Below, piece after piece: positions 50,470 through 63,000 of a stretch of 64,000 bases of DNA (within the stretch, counting starts at the first letter, position 1; each line of letters begins with the position of its first letter). The stretch comes from Rhynchobatus australiae (taxonomy: Eukaryota). Under the pieces are notes generated by a model. The model saw nothing but the letters and a program-made list of their open reading frames with translations, was not told the origin of the DNA and made no database searches. The stretch spans positions 66,317,231-66,381,230 of the forward strand of contig JAUZTB010000127.1 in assembly GCA_034780895.1 (NCBI GenBank). The letters are read 5' to 3'. The position numbers and the translations under genes are program-made.

Positions 50470-50672
50470 TGGAAGAATGTCATTTGCCCCTTTGAGATTC
50501 TGCCATCTTTCGGAGCAATCCCATTCTCCCATATTTTCCCTTAAACCTACACTCTTGCATGTGGTCATTAATATCACCCTTCAAGCATCTCCCTCTCCCT
50601 TCCAGATTCTCTTACCACCCACTACACTAGGGGAAATTTATACTAGCCAATTAATCAACCACCCAGCGTGTT
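50470..50672 (-). mobile_element. V-SINE 3' half nested in CR1
   Basis: GAGCAATCCCATTCTCCC...CAGATTCTCTTACCACCCACTACACTAGGGGAAATTTATACTAGCCAATTAA, similar to 1430-1560. Confidence 0.7.
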
Positions 50673-51151
50673 TTCCCATTCTTCTGCCCAAAAAGGAACG
50701 CTTTGCACTTTTCAGCATTGTTTCATCTGCTGTTCCACTGGCCGGTCTATTTCTCCTTTTGGAGTCTATTATTAACCCTCACATGGTTTACTACACCTCT
50801 AAATTTCATGTCATCAGCAAATTTGGATATTTTGTCCTGCCCTCCCAAGTCCAAATTATTAACATACATTTAAGAAAGGTAGTGGTCCTAATACTGCCCC
50901 CTGTGGAAATCCTCTGTACACTTCCCTCCTGTCTGGGGGGAGAAGCGTCCATTTCACTGCTGTTGTTCCTTATTGCTCAGCCAGGTTTCTGTCCAGATTG
51001 CCACAATCCCTTTTATTCCATGGTCTTTGGTCTTGATGACAAACCGATTTTATGTGGCACCTTGCTTTTTGGAAGTCCATGTGACCAACCACGTTTCCCT
51101 CATCAAACTTCTCAAACTTTTTTTAACCAATCCATGCTGGCTTTCTGTCGT

Positions 51152-51350
51152 CAAAGTAAAAGTCAAAGTTGAGTTTATTGTCATATGGACATGTACATGT
51201 ATGCACAGGTGCAAACTTACTTGTAGCAGCATCAAAGGCACATAGCATCATATACACAGCATTCACAAGAAAAACATTAAACATAAATTATACACAATTT
51301 TTTACAAGAAAGAACTTGATTAGAACAAAAGAAAAGTCTATTTTAATGTA
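51152..51350 (-). mobile_element. Rex-Babar-type 3' tail nested in CR1
   Basis: AAAGTCAAAGTTGAGTTTATTGTCATATGGACATGTACATG...ACTTACTTGTAGCAGCATCA. Confidence 0.65.
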
Positions 51351-52304
51351 AAGTCCAAATGATTGTTAAAATGTTCCCAACCACCAAAATTAAACCAACT
51401 GGAATGTAGTGAATGGGTTTATCCCAACATCCTTTATGAACAATAGAGAAACATTTGCGATTTTTAGGTTCTAGGATGCATGTTTAAATGATTATGGCAA
51501 GGGCCTCCGCAATTTCCTTCCTTCCTTCCCTTGAATGTAAGCTGCAGTCCATTTGGACTTGCCCACTTTAAGTGTATCTAGCCTTTCTAGGAGTTCCTCT
51601 TTACCAATTTGTAGTCTGCCTAGGTTTTCAATTAAATCTTCTTTTGCTTAAATTAATTAAATCTGAGAGTCCAGCAGCATCTTCCCTGGTGAAGACTGTT
51701 GGGAAGTATTCACTTAGTACCTTTGCCAAGCCGTCCGTCTCCATTTCCCTTTGGCCTCTGGTTGACCTCACCTCTTCTCTTTCAACACTTCTTGTCCATA
51801 ATAGACACCAAACCTTTTTAGATTTTGCAATTGTTTGCTGCTGCAAGTATTTTTTTTCATTCTTTGCCTCCCTTATTTCCTTTTACACACAAGAACTCAG
51901 CTGATTCAGTGGGTAACAACCTGGTATCTGTAATATCTTGCTGTTTTACTGTCTTTTTGGTTATCCAGGAGGCTCTGATTTTGCTTTCCTTTCTCCTATG
52001 GAAATGTATCTAGATAGTAGTAAAATATGTACATTTTAAAGGCCTCCCATTCTTCAATTGCAATTTTGTTTGTCAAGCTTTGATTCCAATTAATTGAAAG
52101 CTTCCCATAGTAGTAGCGAATTTTCCCATAGGTTGTGGCTTTGAGGTGCAATCCATGAAGGCTGGATAGATCCCACCTCCCTCAGAGCTGGTCCCAGTGT
52201 TTTAGGAATTGAAAATCATTTCTCCTGCCACTTCTCTAGCCGTTCATTCCTCCTATAGTTTCATCCTATCTCTATAGCATTTCATGTGTAGTACCAGCAG
52301 TTGT

Positions 52305-53090
52305 TGTGGTCTTAAACTGTCTCCTGGGATCAAGGCACATCCATTCTGGGTTTTGTGGGATCTGAAGTGGCTAATGAGGCCAACATGGGAACTGCATTCT
52401 CTTCCATAGATAGGGCAGAAGATGCCTGATGGTCTGTTATGTATGGCCTCTGTGTGCACCTGATGCTTGGAATTAAGGTTTACCATCCTGAATGCTCCTT
52501 CCTTACTTTGAGTGATCATGGGTCAGAAATTCCCAGAGGATCCCAACTTCCCAGGGAATGTTGCTTTACTTGAAGGAGGCTTTGAACATATCCTTGAATC
52601 TTTAACTTTGTCCTTATAATTTCTTCCAATGACAGACCTCAGAACTGAGTGTCTGTTTTGGAAGTCTGGTGTCAGGTGAGTGATGTGGCTTGTCCATTGT
52701 AGCTAGGCCTTCTGGTGCGGATGTTGGCCTGGGAGGGAACACTGATATTGGTTTGCTTATCCTTTCAGAATTGGAGGATTTTGCAGAGATTTAGTTGATT
52801 TCTCCAATGCCTTGAGATGCCTGGTCTCCAGAAGCTTTTAGGATCTCTACTTCCTTGTAGACCATGATGTTCAACTACCCTCTCCTTAACAGATGAATGG
52901 CTGCACAGCTTTAGGACATGGGTGAATTTCATCATCGCCATCTTCCTTCGCCTACAAGAGGCACCCTGGATACGTCCATGTTTTGCAGGTCTCTCTGTGA
53001 ATCTTCATTGTCAGAAGGCAGAGGGGGGCAGGTTGATGGGATGCAATCTGTATTTCAGATGATGAGTGTAAGGCCCATTGTCTTGCATGT
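52305..53090 (-). mobile_element. RTE LINE 3' portion nested in CR1 ORF1
   Basis: C-terminal CPIYGRECSSHVGLISHFRSHK; RFKDMFKASFK; RLPKQTLSSEVCH. Confidence 0.8.
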
Positions 53091-54809
53091 TTCAATTTAC
53101 TGAAGCACCAAGAAAAATAGGAAGATTATTACCTTTTTGAGATCCTGTTTCATAACCTTTCCTGTATCCTTAAAATTTGCCTGCAGGATCTCATCTCTTT
53201 TTCTACCCAAGTCATTGGCACCAATATAGGCTACAGTCTCTATCATCTTTAGTGAAATCCTTGACTCTGTGTTGCAACAAGGTATGAACACACCCTCCTG
53301 CTATAACTTCTGCAGTCAGAAACTCTTGTCTACTCCCCTGACTATAGAATCCCCTTATTATATTTCACTCTTGACTTTTCTTTGCCTTCTCAGTACAATT
53401 GAGTCACCCATGTTGTTGTGATCTTGGCCTTCTGTCCTTCCCAGAGGAAAACTTTTCTCTCACCCCCCTTCCCCCCTTGGACGTAGACTGAATGTGTGTT
53501 AGAGATTAGGTCCCTTTTGGCTAAGGAGGGGAAAGCTACACTTCCTTTATTTCCTAAAGCTGTGCCAGTAAATTTAGGTTTTGGGTGGGGCTAGATTAAA
53601 TTCTGTGCGGTGCAATCTATGGTCAAAACCTAGCCAATGTCAGCAGCCCTGACAAGAATTGGCATTTTGGGTGGGGTGACAGAGGATCTGGGAGCTGTTG
53701 GTGCTTGTGTAATTGTATCCCAGTGTGAAAACCACCTCAGTAGAAAAGGAATGTTTTCTTAAAAAAAATACTGCCAACATCTCCAAACCCACTGCCTAAT
53801 CTTGGTAAAAATCTGGAGAGGTAGGAAGTTAAAATGGCCCAAGTGCGTGATTTGATCTCTGCCTCCCTGTTATAGCAAACAAGGAGGCTGTAGCTTCTTG
53901 CTTTAAAAGGCAGATTGAGCTCTGAGAATACATGTAAATAATTGGAACCAAAAGGAATTTCAACCCAATACACAGCAAAATGGTTGGGGGGTGAGCTGAT
54001 GGGTGTAGTGGGAAATGTGCTTGAAAGAGCTTTGGGTAAGGGTTAAAAGCTTAGGTCAGAAGCAATAGCAAGGAGTAAATGGATATTGAAATGTGACTTA
54101 ACCTGACAAAAGATGTGCAATGTAAACTTAATTCCATGGAAAGGTTCAAAAACCTGGAATTGGGGAGTATTAATAAATGAAGGGGAAGGAATGAACAAGT
54201 GAACTTAAAAAGGAAAAGAGCCAGTTTAGCAAGGAGAACCGTCTGAGCCTGTGACACAGCAGGGTGTGGTTATGATCAAGCCTCGTGATAGAGACATATT
54301 TGGAACTGAATTCTTCAGAGAGTAAATGAACTTGATAAGACATTGAACAGAAGGATTGGAAGAGAGCAAGGGGGAGAGCAAATGTTGAGAAATAGAGCAA
54401 GCAATCGAAGGTGATTTTCTAGAGGGAGAGCCTTGAAAAAAGGCAGTATTTGATGCTGAATTAAAAAAGCAAACCTTCAGTAATTTACTTTAAGGATTGA
54501 GTATTAACGCAGGTAACAAACAATTACTGGCAGTTGAAAATTGCAATGTTAATTTAATGGACATGGATTGCAATTTTGCTTTGAAGGAAATAGCAATGGC
54601 AAAAAATTCATTTTTTAAAAATTATTCCTTTGAAGCTTTAGGTTTCCTCATTGAAACAACAGTGAAGGCCCAACTCCCACAGCTGGAAGTGCTAAGGTGA
54701 GAATGTCTACATTCTGCCTTTCTTGTTGGATCCCTCTGGGGGAGGGTTTGACATAATAATGAGACCTGAGTGTTGGATTAAAAGAAACCTACATATACTG
54801 GAATTCAAA

Positions 54810-54900
54810 AATAATATTAAATAGAAAATACTGGAAATGCATTGATTCTGACAAAAAGGTCACACCAGAAATATTGCCCCCTCTGTCTTTCAGATGCTAA
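54810..54900. mobile_element. Penelope-derived remnant
   Basis: AATAGAAAATACTGGAAATGC...CTGACAA-AAAGGTCACACCA-GAAAT...TTTCAGATGCT. Confidence 0.5.
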
Positions 54901-56093
54901 TCAGCTCGTTGCTGCTCATTGCGAGCAAGTATGTTTTTGAGTTTTGGGTGTAGTCCTTGTCCATAATTGGTAGTTGTGTGTGCTGTGAAACAATAACATG
55001 TTTTTCTAAATTTAAAAAGTGCATCCAGTGTACTTTCTGACATTGACAATGTGCATATATTTACCACTGTTCTGTACCTGATTTCATTGTTGTATGCCTC
55101 TCTGCATCACCATCTCTACCAGCCCTGGTTTCAACAGCAGTGAAGCAATATTAATGAGTTGGTGGTGCTTTCTTTGCAAAACTCAGATATTGTAGATAGG
55201 TTAGCCATTGATTTTCTACTTGCTATATGCCTTTCCTTGTCCAGTTTGGGAGTAGAAACAATAGCACAATGAGCAGCTTTCAAACCGTGCACATGCAGTC
55301 TTGGGCTTGTGCTGTTATTTATTGTCCTTGCTCTTTAGTCCTTTCTGCTATATAAATGGGATGGATTCTACAGAAATCTTTGTATTTTAAAGTACTTCAA
55401 ATAAAACCTATAATTTGCAGCTCCAATATAAAGGGAGCATTCGATGGTTACAGGAAAAAGCACACTTTTCAAATTTACACTCCCAGGGGAACGAAACAAT
55501 GTAAAGTCAGTATTTTAAATGGACGTAGTAGTAGGGTTAATGTATTTTTAACAAATGTAAACTAATCTTGGAGAAGCTGGGGAGACTGAGCTCTGTATGC
55601 AGCAAAGTTCACTGGTGTTTTGCTTTTGACTTCAGGGTTGGCGTCAGATAGAGCATCTCTGTTTCATTGCTGGATTACCGTGCAGCTGGCTGCTCGTGTG
55701 GTGTTCAGGGAGTGGGAGTGAAGTGGGGAAAGAGAGACGCATTGAATTTAGAGCAGGAAGAAAACATGATAAATTAATGAGAACTTTTGCTTTGTGCATG
55801 ACAGCATTCAGACATGAACCATTTTAGTAATGTGATTTGAGAAGGGGTTGGGAGTTAACAACTGGGAAATTCCTTGTTCAAATTTTACGTATTTTTACCA
55901 AATGTGAATTCATACAATATAACTCGTTTTTGATCAGCTATGCAATGGACTCACGATTACACTGTGAATTTACAGTCAGTTTTGTAAGCCTTCAAATAAT
56001 TAATAATTTCCAAATGCTCGGGAACTGTTGGGGTCATTTCTCAAGTATGTGATATTTTACAAAGTTTTTTTAAAAAATTATTTTCTCCCTCAG

Positions 56094-56139
56094 GTCTGTA
56101 CTGCAGCGTGTGTGTTGACAGTGGGAATGATGAGCTCAG
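56094..56139 (+). other. Candidate 46-nt cassette exon
   Basis: TTTTCTCCCTCAG acceptor and CAG|GTGAGT donor, both near consensus, in repeat-poor DNA on the KLF sense strand. Confidence 0.35.
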
Positions 56140-57499
56140 GTGAGTTTGAATGCTGGGTCTGCTCAAAGGAAGCAGATTTTGCTCCCAGTGTGAATTGTTG
56201 TGGAAAGCAAAGGGTGTGGTGAACCTCCCACAGCAGATGTGTGAAGAAGCAGTTTTGTGCAGTATGGAACTGTTGGGTCCATGACTGGTGTTTACTTCAT
56301 TTATAAATAAGGTTCAGTTTGAACTGGCACACCCATCCCTTTCTCCAACCTCCCCACCCACTGCACCCCTCCCAACCCAAAAGGAACTGGGTTAGTTCAA
56401 TCAGAACAAAGCACAGCAGAGCTTCTCAACATTTCTGTTTTTCTTCTCTTTTCCCCAGTGACGAGGTGGAAACTTGGAGCAGTGCCAGTTTTTTTGTGTA
56501 ACAGAGGAGGAGGAGAACGGATCTTGCTCACAGAGTAGATTATTTTGTGCCCTTGTAAAATGTCATGATCTACTCAACTTTCTTAGATCATCTCCCAGAT
56601 CACGCAAACACATTTGTGTGTGGCCAGGGGCTAGTGATTTCTGCTTTCACTTGGCAAGTGTGCGTATTGAAGAATGGGGTGGAATTGTACCTGTTTAACT
56701 GATGCTTTTGTTTTTTCTTCCTTCTGAAGGAATCCAGTTGTCATTGTAATATCAGCAAAGCTTAATGATGGGCACATCCTCCTCAAAAGAATTAACCAAT
56801 CTTTGTTGTTATATTGCTTGATTTCACATTGGTAAATGCATGTTAACCTTCCAGGATTATCCTGGAGACCCAAAAAATTTAAGAAATTAAGCATCTGGAC
56901 ATTGATCCAATCAACTTGTGAGAAAATGTGTAAGTGAAGATTCAGAGGAGAAAAACGTGCACGAGAGAGTAGGGTGATGAAGGCAGCATGATGCCTGGTG
57001 ACGACTCTAAGAAAACATCTGGGAAGAGTTGCAGCTGACAATCTGTTCTGATACAAAGGCATAAGGACTAGCAAGTTCCATTTTGCTATTCCTTCCAACT
57101 GCCAAATTATCAATCTGTCTTGCTAACAGTAATGGACTATTGACTGCTGCTGATTGAGGTTTGGTGATTCCATTCGGACAGTGAATTGGTTTTGGACTTT
57201 GGTGTGAAAATTGGTTTAGGTTTACGAGCCAGTAAACTGTCATCTTTAATGGCCTACTGGCAGATGAGTTTAGTTTGCAATGAAGTGATAGAGTTCTCTG
57301 TTACATCTACCGAGAATCACAAAAATATAGAATAGGGGGAAAGCTGGTCAAGTTTTCTTTTTGATAGAAGAAAGCATTGTTGTTTGGTTCTGGGATGCTG
57401 GTAATCTGGGTGCAGGTCATCAGCAGATCCATTGCCAAAATGGGTTTTAAAAACTGCAGCGTATAAAGGAAGATCAGGCATTAATAAAGGATGTTAACA

Positions 57500-57830
57500 C
57501 ATCTTTGGATGATCCAATGAGCTTCACAGACAACAAATTAATGTTGAAGTGCAGTTACTGTGGCTTTGCAGCCAAATAGGGCAGGAGGTTGATGGACAGT
57601 GACGTTCTATAAACAGCAAATCAGATAACTGGCTCGTTAATCTGTTTTGGTGGTGGTTGAGGGATAAATATTGGCCAAGGCACTGGGAAAGAGCCTGGTG
57701 TTCTTCAAATGGGACCTGAGAATATTTGCTTCTGCCTGAGCAAGCTTTCATGACGCAACTGCAAAACCTCAGTGCTGATGTAAAGTATAGTGGTTTCACA
57801 CTGAGACTGAGGATCTTGAAGTCCTCTTGG
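57500..57830 (-). mobile_element. Deu-domain SINE (SacSINE1-like)
   Basis: AATCTGTTTTGGTGGTGGTTGAGGGATAAATATTGGCCAAGGCACTGGG is the reverse complement of the Deu core. Confidence 0.8.
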
Positions 57831-58624
57831 GCCAAGGATGTCTGCAGAGGGGCTTGTAAGAAGTTGTCCGTGTGAGAGCTCAAGGAAACCCAGGAGGCTG
57901 GAGGCAGGGACATTTGAAGAATCTACCCCTCATATGATAAGTTATGACAGTGGGGGAGCAAGTAAAGAAATAGTCTGGTCAAAAACCAAATATTGTGTGG
58001 AAAAGGAAGTCTGCTCTGATTCAACCAGTCAGGACTCAACCCACATAACCCTGGAAAGCTGATGGAGTTGGCACTAGATGTATGTGTGTGTCTAAGAGGC
58101 AAAAGAAATCTTTCTAGTGAGTAGTGACTCTTCCATGAACTGATGTCAGACTGGTGATCAAGGAATATAGCAACAGGCCATTGTGATGGTGGGGATGGCT
58201 TTGTATAATCGGGCATGTTGAAAACTAACTGCAGCCTTGTAAGTCATCTTGTGTTGTTACCTGTAGATAAATAGGAGACCATGAATGAACTGAAAGTGGT
58301 ATTCAGGCTCTAATAGCAGGAATAAAAAACATTCAATGCGGTGATCTTAAGCTGCACTGCATTGGATAGAAGCTAGAAACCGACAAGTTTGATTTAGCAT
58401 TGCATGTATTATAATTTTCCAATGTACATTAATAGTCAATAATTGACTAATTTGGGGGTTTAAAAATGAAGGATGAGAAATTCTTCTGGGCTCATAGAGA
58501 CACCTTAATTTATTGGGTTAAGCACACACATCGGCACATGACCACTTAAAAGTTCGGTGATCAAGGCATCACTGAAAGCACATTAAACACTCAACCCACT
58601 GTGACATTGCAGGGTACATGCTGC

Positions 58625-58840
58625 AAAACAGCAAGCAGGTCAGAGTCTGGGGTGGAAATGGAGGGAAAAGAGGAGTCGGATTAGGCTCGGGTGTTCATGT
58701 GCTGGGTTGAACATTGAGGTCCTCGGATTGAGGCTTTGTAGGATTGGGAGGGAGCAGGGTTTGAGGAGAGGATCTCTCGAGGGTTGTGAGCTTGAGGATG
58801 GGACTGGGGCGAAGGGTGGTGAGGGACCCAATGTGCAGGT
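58625..58840 (-). mobile_element. Probable L2 LINE 3' fragment
   Basis: Minus strand CCTGCACATTGGGTCCCTCACC... resembles the LHWLP region and an L2-type C-rich tail. Confidence 0.4.
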
Positions 58841-61064
58841 AAGTAAATAAAAGGAATCAAGTGTTGAAGTAGGATTTTTCCTTTAAAATGAGCTGCTGCA
58901 CATCGAGTACTGCTGTTAACATGAGGTGCCCAGTGACAGATATCTCGGAGCAATATGACATAAGTTCCCCAAAAGAGGAGTTGAGAATAAATGATGTACT
59001 TCCAGGGAAGATGCATCGTCAGCGTGACTCATGACTTGAAATGCCCAATCAAATCTCCAGTGATGTGATGAGACCTGGGAATCTTAATGATCTGTATGCC
59101 CATAGACTTTTTTTCTGCACTGTGTTCAGTTTTCTAGCTCATATGTTTGATGCTTTAAACTGGAATAAAATGTGATATAATAGAATGTCTATCAGTTTTA
59201 AACAAAAGGCTGGGTCTGAGAAGTAATCAAGGTCACAAAGTTAAAATATAAAGTCTAAAGAAAAATGCTCAAAGGACTGAGTCGTTCTGTGTTGGTGACT
59301 CAACAGTTTATTATTTATTTTTGAAAAATGGTTCAACAGCATTTCAGAATGCTGACAAATACAGGCTTCTTGTATAATTCTGCACACAGATCAAATCGCA
59401 GTAGAATTTGCCAGGGGTTATTTTTTCCTGTGTTCCACCAAATGTTTTCATTTGTCAGTAGTTTCAGTGGGTGACTTTTCTACATCCCAAATATTCATAT
59501 ATATTAGGTTATAAATGTCAATAACTGATTAAATTAAACATTCAGATGTATCTTATGTTGAGCAGTGTACTAAAAAGTGTCTTCACCTGGATGGCTAGGC
59601 CTTGAATTCCAGAGTTGCCCCTCCAATTTGGATTGTGCAGTCTGGTCACATGAAACACATGTAATGTCAGAGGATGCTCCAGCTCTTGTTCAAAAGTTTT
59701 GGAAAAAATATTCAAAGAGAATATGAAAGGCAGATTTCATAGCTGAAGTTTATTGTGCCTTTGTGCATCCACACAGCTGCTCTAAAGATTCTACACCAGT
59801 TGTAATTGTTTTATTTCCCTTGAATTTCAGGAAATGTATTTTATCTGTATACATGTATATGGTCAGACTGACAGCACAGATGTAGCAAGATGGAGGTCTC
59901 ATTTGCCTCAGCCCAATGTTGAAGATCCTGTGCACAATCTTGCTAACAGGATCATTTTGTTTACAGAATCATGAATGTTTCTTGATGGCAGCAGAAATTC
60001 AGTGGCTTCTGACCTTGTGTACTCCCAACCAATAAATTGCACAAATATTTCAAGAATTAAAGTTAGGCTTTTGTTCCTACAGATCAAGGTAATGAGTGTT
60101 TCAGAAGCTTTCCTGAAGGCTTTGTGAAAGCGAAAGCCAGTTTGGGTGATGTGAGTTTTATCGAGGTCAACAAAGGCAAAGCAAAAGTGCATTGTGATCT
60201 GAAGTTCTGTGATGCCCAGGATTATCCAAGCCTCTATCGGCTGAGGGTTTCAGGTAACCCCATGAGGTGTGCCAGGAACTTCCAATGTGATGGAGTGGTT
60301 ATGTGGGAGGATTGGCAGAGCACATGGAATATTTACATGTGACACAAGACTGTAACTTGAAAGGGAAATTGTAAATAAAGTGTAATCCAAATTCCTCTTC
60401 TCTGTGGATAAGGATCCAACTTTCCCATTCTTACATTCCTTTGAGATTATTCGAAAAGCATCACTAGTTTTTGGGTATTGGTGATGAATCTAGATTTTCT
60501 TTTGCTAATTCATTACACTAATCAGGATTCTGTAGTTGAGTTTAAGTACATTGTTCTTCAGTGATTCAAATATATTTTTGAAAATGCAACTGAGTTTTGT
60601 TCTGTGCAGTATCCACTGGATATTGCGTAGGAGCAAAATGTGGGCTCTTCCTTGGGTTGTCCTGTGAATCTGCCTCATAAGGCACAGATATCAGTGACTG
60701 AATCTGGAATCTTCCTCGTCTATATGATTCTGTGCATTTACATTGTAAGCCATTGGGATTGCTCCTCAGTCACCAGTAGTGTTTGCATGTTGATGTTATT
60801 GTCAATGGGCACAAGTAAGGTGAGGTACTGGTATAATGAAAAACTTACACAATGATAACATACCAAGGATTGAGTATTCATCTGTAAGTGCAAGGTTTCT
60901 GTGTGCTACAGAGAAACTGAATCAAAATGTGATTGGGATCTATGCACAGCAGTTAGTAACTACCAACATTTGTTCCCCTTTCCTTCCCCCTCCCCCCGGT
61001 GTACAACATGTACGTGCATAGAACATAAATGGTGGTGCCAGTCAGCATGCAGTGTAGGTGGGTT

Positions 61065-61440
61065 AGGATGAAAGATGTGATTTCAAAGGTATGATTGGGT
61101 ATAAAGGTGTTTTGATGCCATGTGCAAAAGCCATTTGAACATTGAAAGGGCATGGAGGATGATGAGATCAGGGAGGGGTATGCTGATATTCTAGGGCACG
61201 TTGATATCAAGAAGGTGGTGGTGTTGGGACTCTCGACTATTCAGGTGGATACGTCCCAGTGCTTGATGGGATCAATCCCAGGTTAATGAGAGAGGCAAGA
61301 AAGGAGATTGCTGGAGTCTTGACAGATCTTTGGCCTAGGCAAGGTCCCAGAAGATTGGAGCACAGTCAGTGTTAATTAGTTTAAGAAGGCATTAGGGATA
61401 ATCCAGCAAATTAGAGGCTGGTGAACAACAAATACTGGAA
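61065..61440 (+). mobile_element. CR1 LINE ORF2 internal fragment
   Basis: Frameshifted VDTS, DGINPRLMREARKEIAGVL, GKVPEDWS, FKK, RDNPAN*RLV. Confidence 0.85.
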
Positions 61441-62842
61441 AGAATAGATTCAAATGAACACTGTTGACCTTTTACCTTCTTCATTCTATGCATTTTTACT
61501 ATAGAGGACTTGAAGAGGCTGATTTAATCCTGTTGTTATTTAGCTACTTGGTTTTACCATTCTTTCCTTCATTCACTTTACAGCTTGCATCATAATAGTG
61601 AGTTAAAACTACTGTGGTGTGAGTGGCCCTGTGCAGTTTGTGGTTGATTACTTTAAATGTCTCCTAGAGGAAGGAGGCTTCTAGTTATAAATATGACCTC
61701 ATCCTATTCAAGTGGCTGATGGAGAATTAGGAAATATGACTGATTCCATTCTTTATCTGGAAAGAGGGAAGGAATGGGTTACTTCAAATCTGTGTAGGTA
61801 CAATGCACATACTGGCTGTGGCCACACTGCAGTGCAGTCATGTCACTGTCCTTTCTGTTCATCAGCAGACTGAGATGTGGCAGAGATCAACAGCAGGATC
61901 AGCAGTTCTGGAATGATCCAGAGGTTGGGAAGCTGAGAATATCCATGACCTTGACCTCCATAGCCAAAGCAGTTTAAGCACAAGCACATGAGAATGTGCT
62001 TGAGGTCATAGACCATAGGAAACAGAAGGAATAAAATTTGAGTGCTTTCTGTTTAAATAGCAGAGCTTCAAAGGAACCCCAGTTTAAGAACTCTTTTAAG
62101 CAGTGAGGTTGAAAAATCTCACTGCAGGCTACTGATAACATAATTTGGGGGCATTTTGCATCTGGTAGAAAAAAATATGACAAGGCAGGAAATATTAACT
62201 GCCAAAAAATTGGGAGTTGAATTTTCTGATGGGACTGAAGGTATTTTAAAGGGGCATGATGTTGCTATACCATCTTCAGCTAATTTGTAAAGCGCAGTCC
62301 AGTTTTTTTGCTGGTGTATAAGGGAACTTCTTGGCCTTGGTTGAATATTGGAAGGTCTCCCTGCAGATGTGCAGGCACATAATCTCATGAAGTGGAGGCC
62401 AATACTGGTTTAATTTCTTTGTGTGACTGTGGCTTTCAGGGTCTCTCTCAATGCATCTGTCTCTTATGCTTGTGCTGCATTTCCAAGTTTCAGCAAGTCC
62501 AGTGTTAGTACTGTTGTTAGTGGTATCTAAATTCTAAGCTGGCAGAGGATCTTGGTAGAATTCTCAGTGGTGTTCAGTTAGTTTCAGAATGAACAGCTGG
62601 TCTCCTGTGTTCTACAGCAGCTGCAGGTGGGAATGTGAGTGGCCCTTTAAATTGCTAAGCTACCGAACAGACGGCACTATGAAAAGCCGGTTGGTTTATG
62701 AGTGATCAACAAAAAGCAAGATTTGGAAAAACTTCACAGAATTTCACAAAACAATGGCATTTTTTTTAATGTGTAACTTTTGAATGATATCTCTGGGTGT
62801 ACATCTAGTGCCAGAAATATGTCATCCATGCAAATGTGCAGT

Positions 62843-63000
62843 CGGAATAGGAGTAGGCTATTGTCCCCGTGAACCTGTTTAAGTATTAAATGAGATCATG
62901 GCTGAGCTGAAGCCATATATCTGCACTATCTCCACTGCCTTTTGGGTTGCTTGCTTCCATAAAGAGAAAGTACTGTATACAAGTTTGAAAAGTTCTGACA
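62843..63000 (-). mobile_element. CR1 LINE 3' tail fragment
   Basis: GGAATAGGAGTAGGCTATTGTCCCCGTGAACCTG...AATGAGATCATGGCTGAGCTG. Confidence 0.65.

Larger units (their letters stand above)
49585..53400 (-). mobile_element. Old, fragmented CR1 LINE (ORF1 and ORF2) carrying nested insertions
   Basis: 3' tail at about 49585; ISKFADDMK at about 50828-50802; LAKVLSEYFPTVFTRED; ORF1 YIGANDLGRKRDEIL (ORF 53097-53291) and GDSIV at about 53355-53341. Confidence 0.8.

Noticed and set aside
50477-51172. Longest ORF in the track (231 aa)
   Set aside because: It is the antisense frame of a V-SINE and CR1 fragment, with no recognisable domain.
52253-52519. CxxxxxxC...H...H motif as a possible KLF zinc finger
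   Set aside because: Wrong strand and no KLF linker; it is the RTE ORF C-terminal motif.
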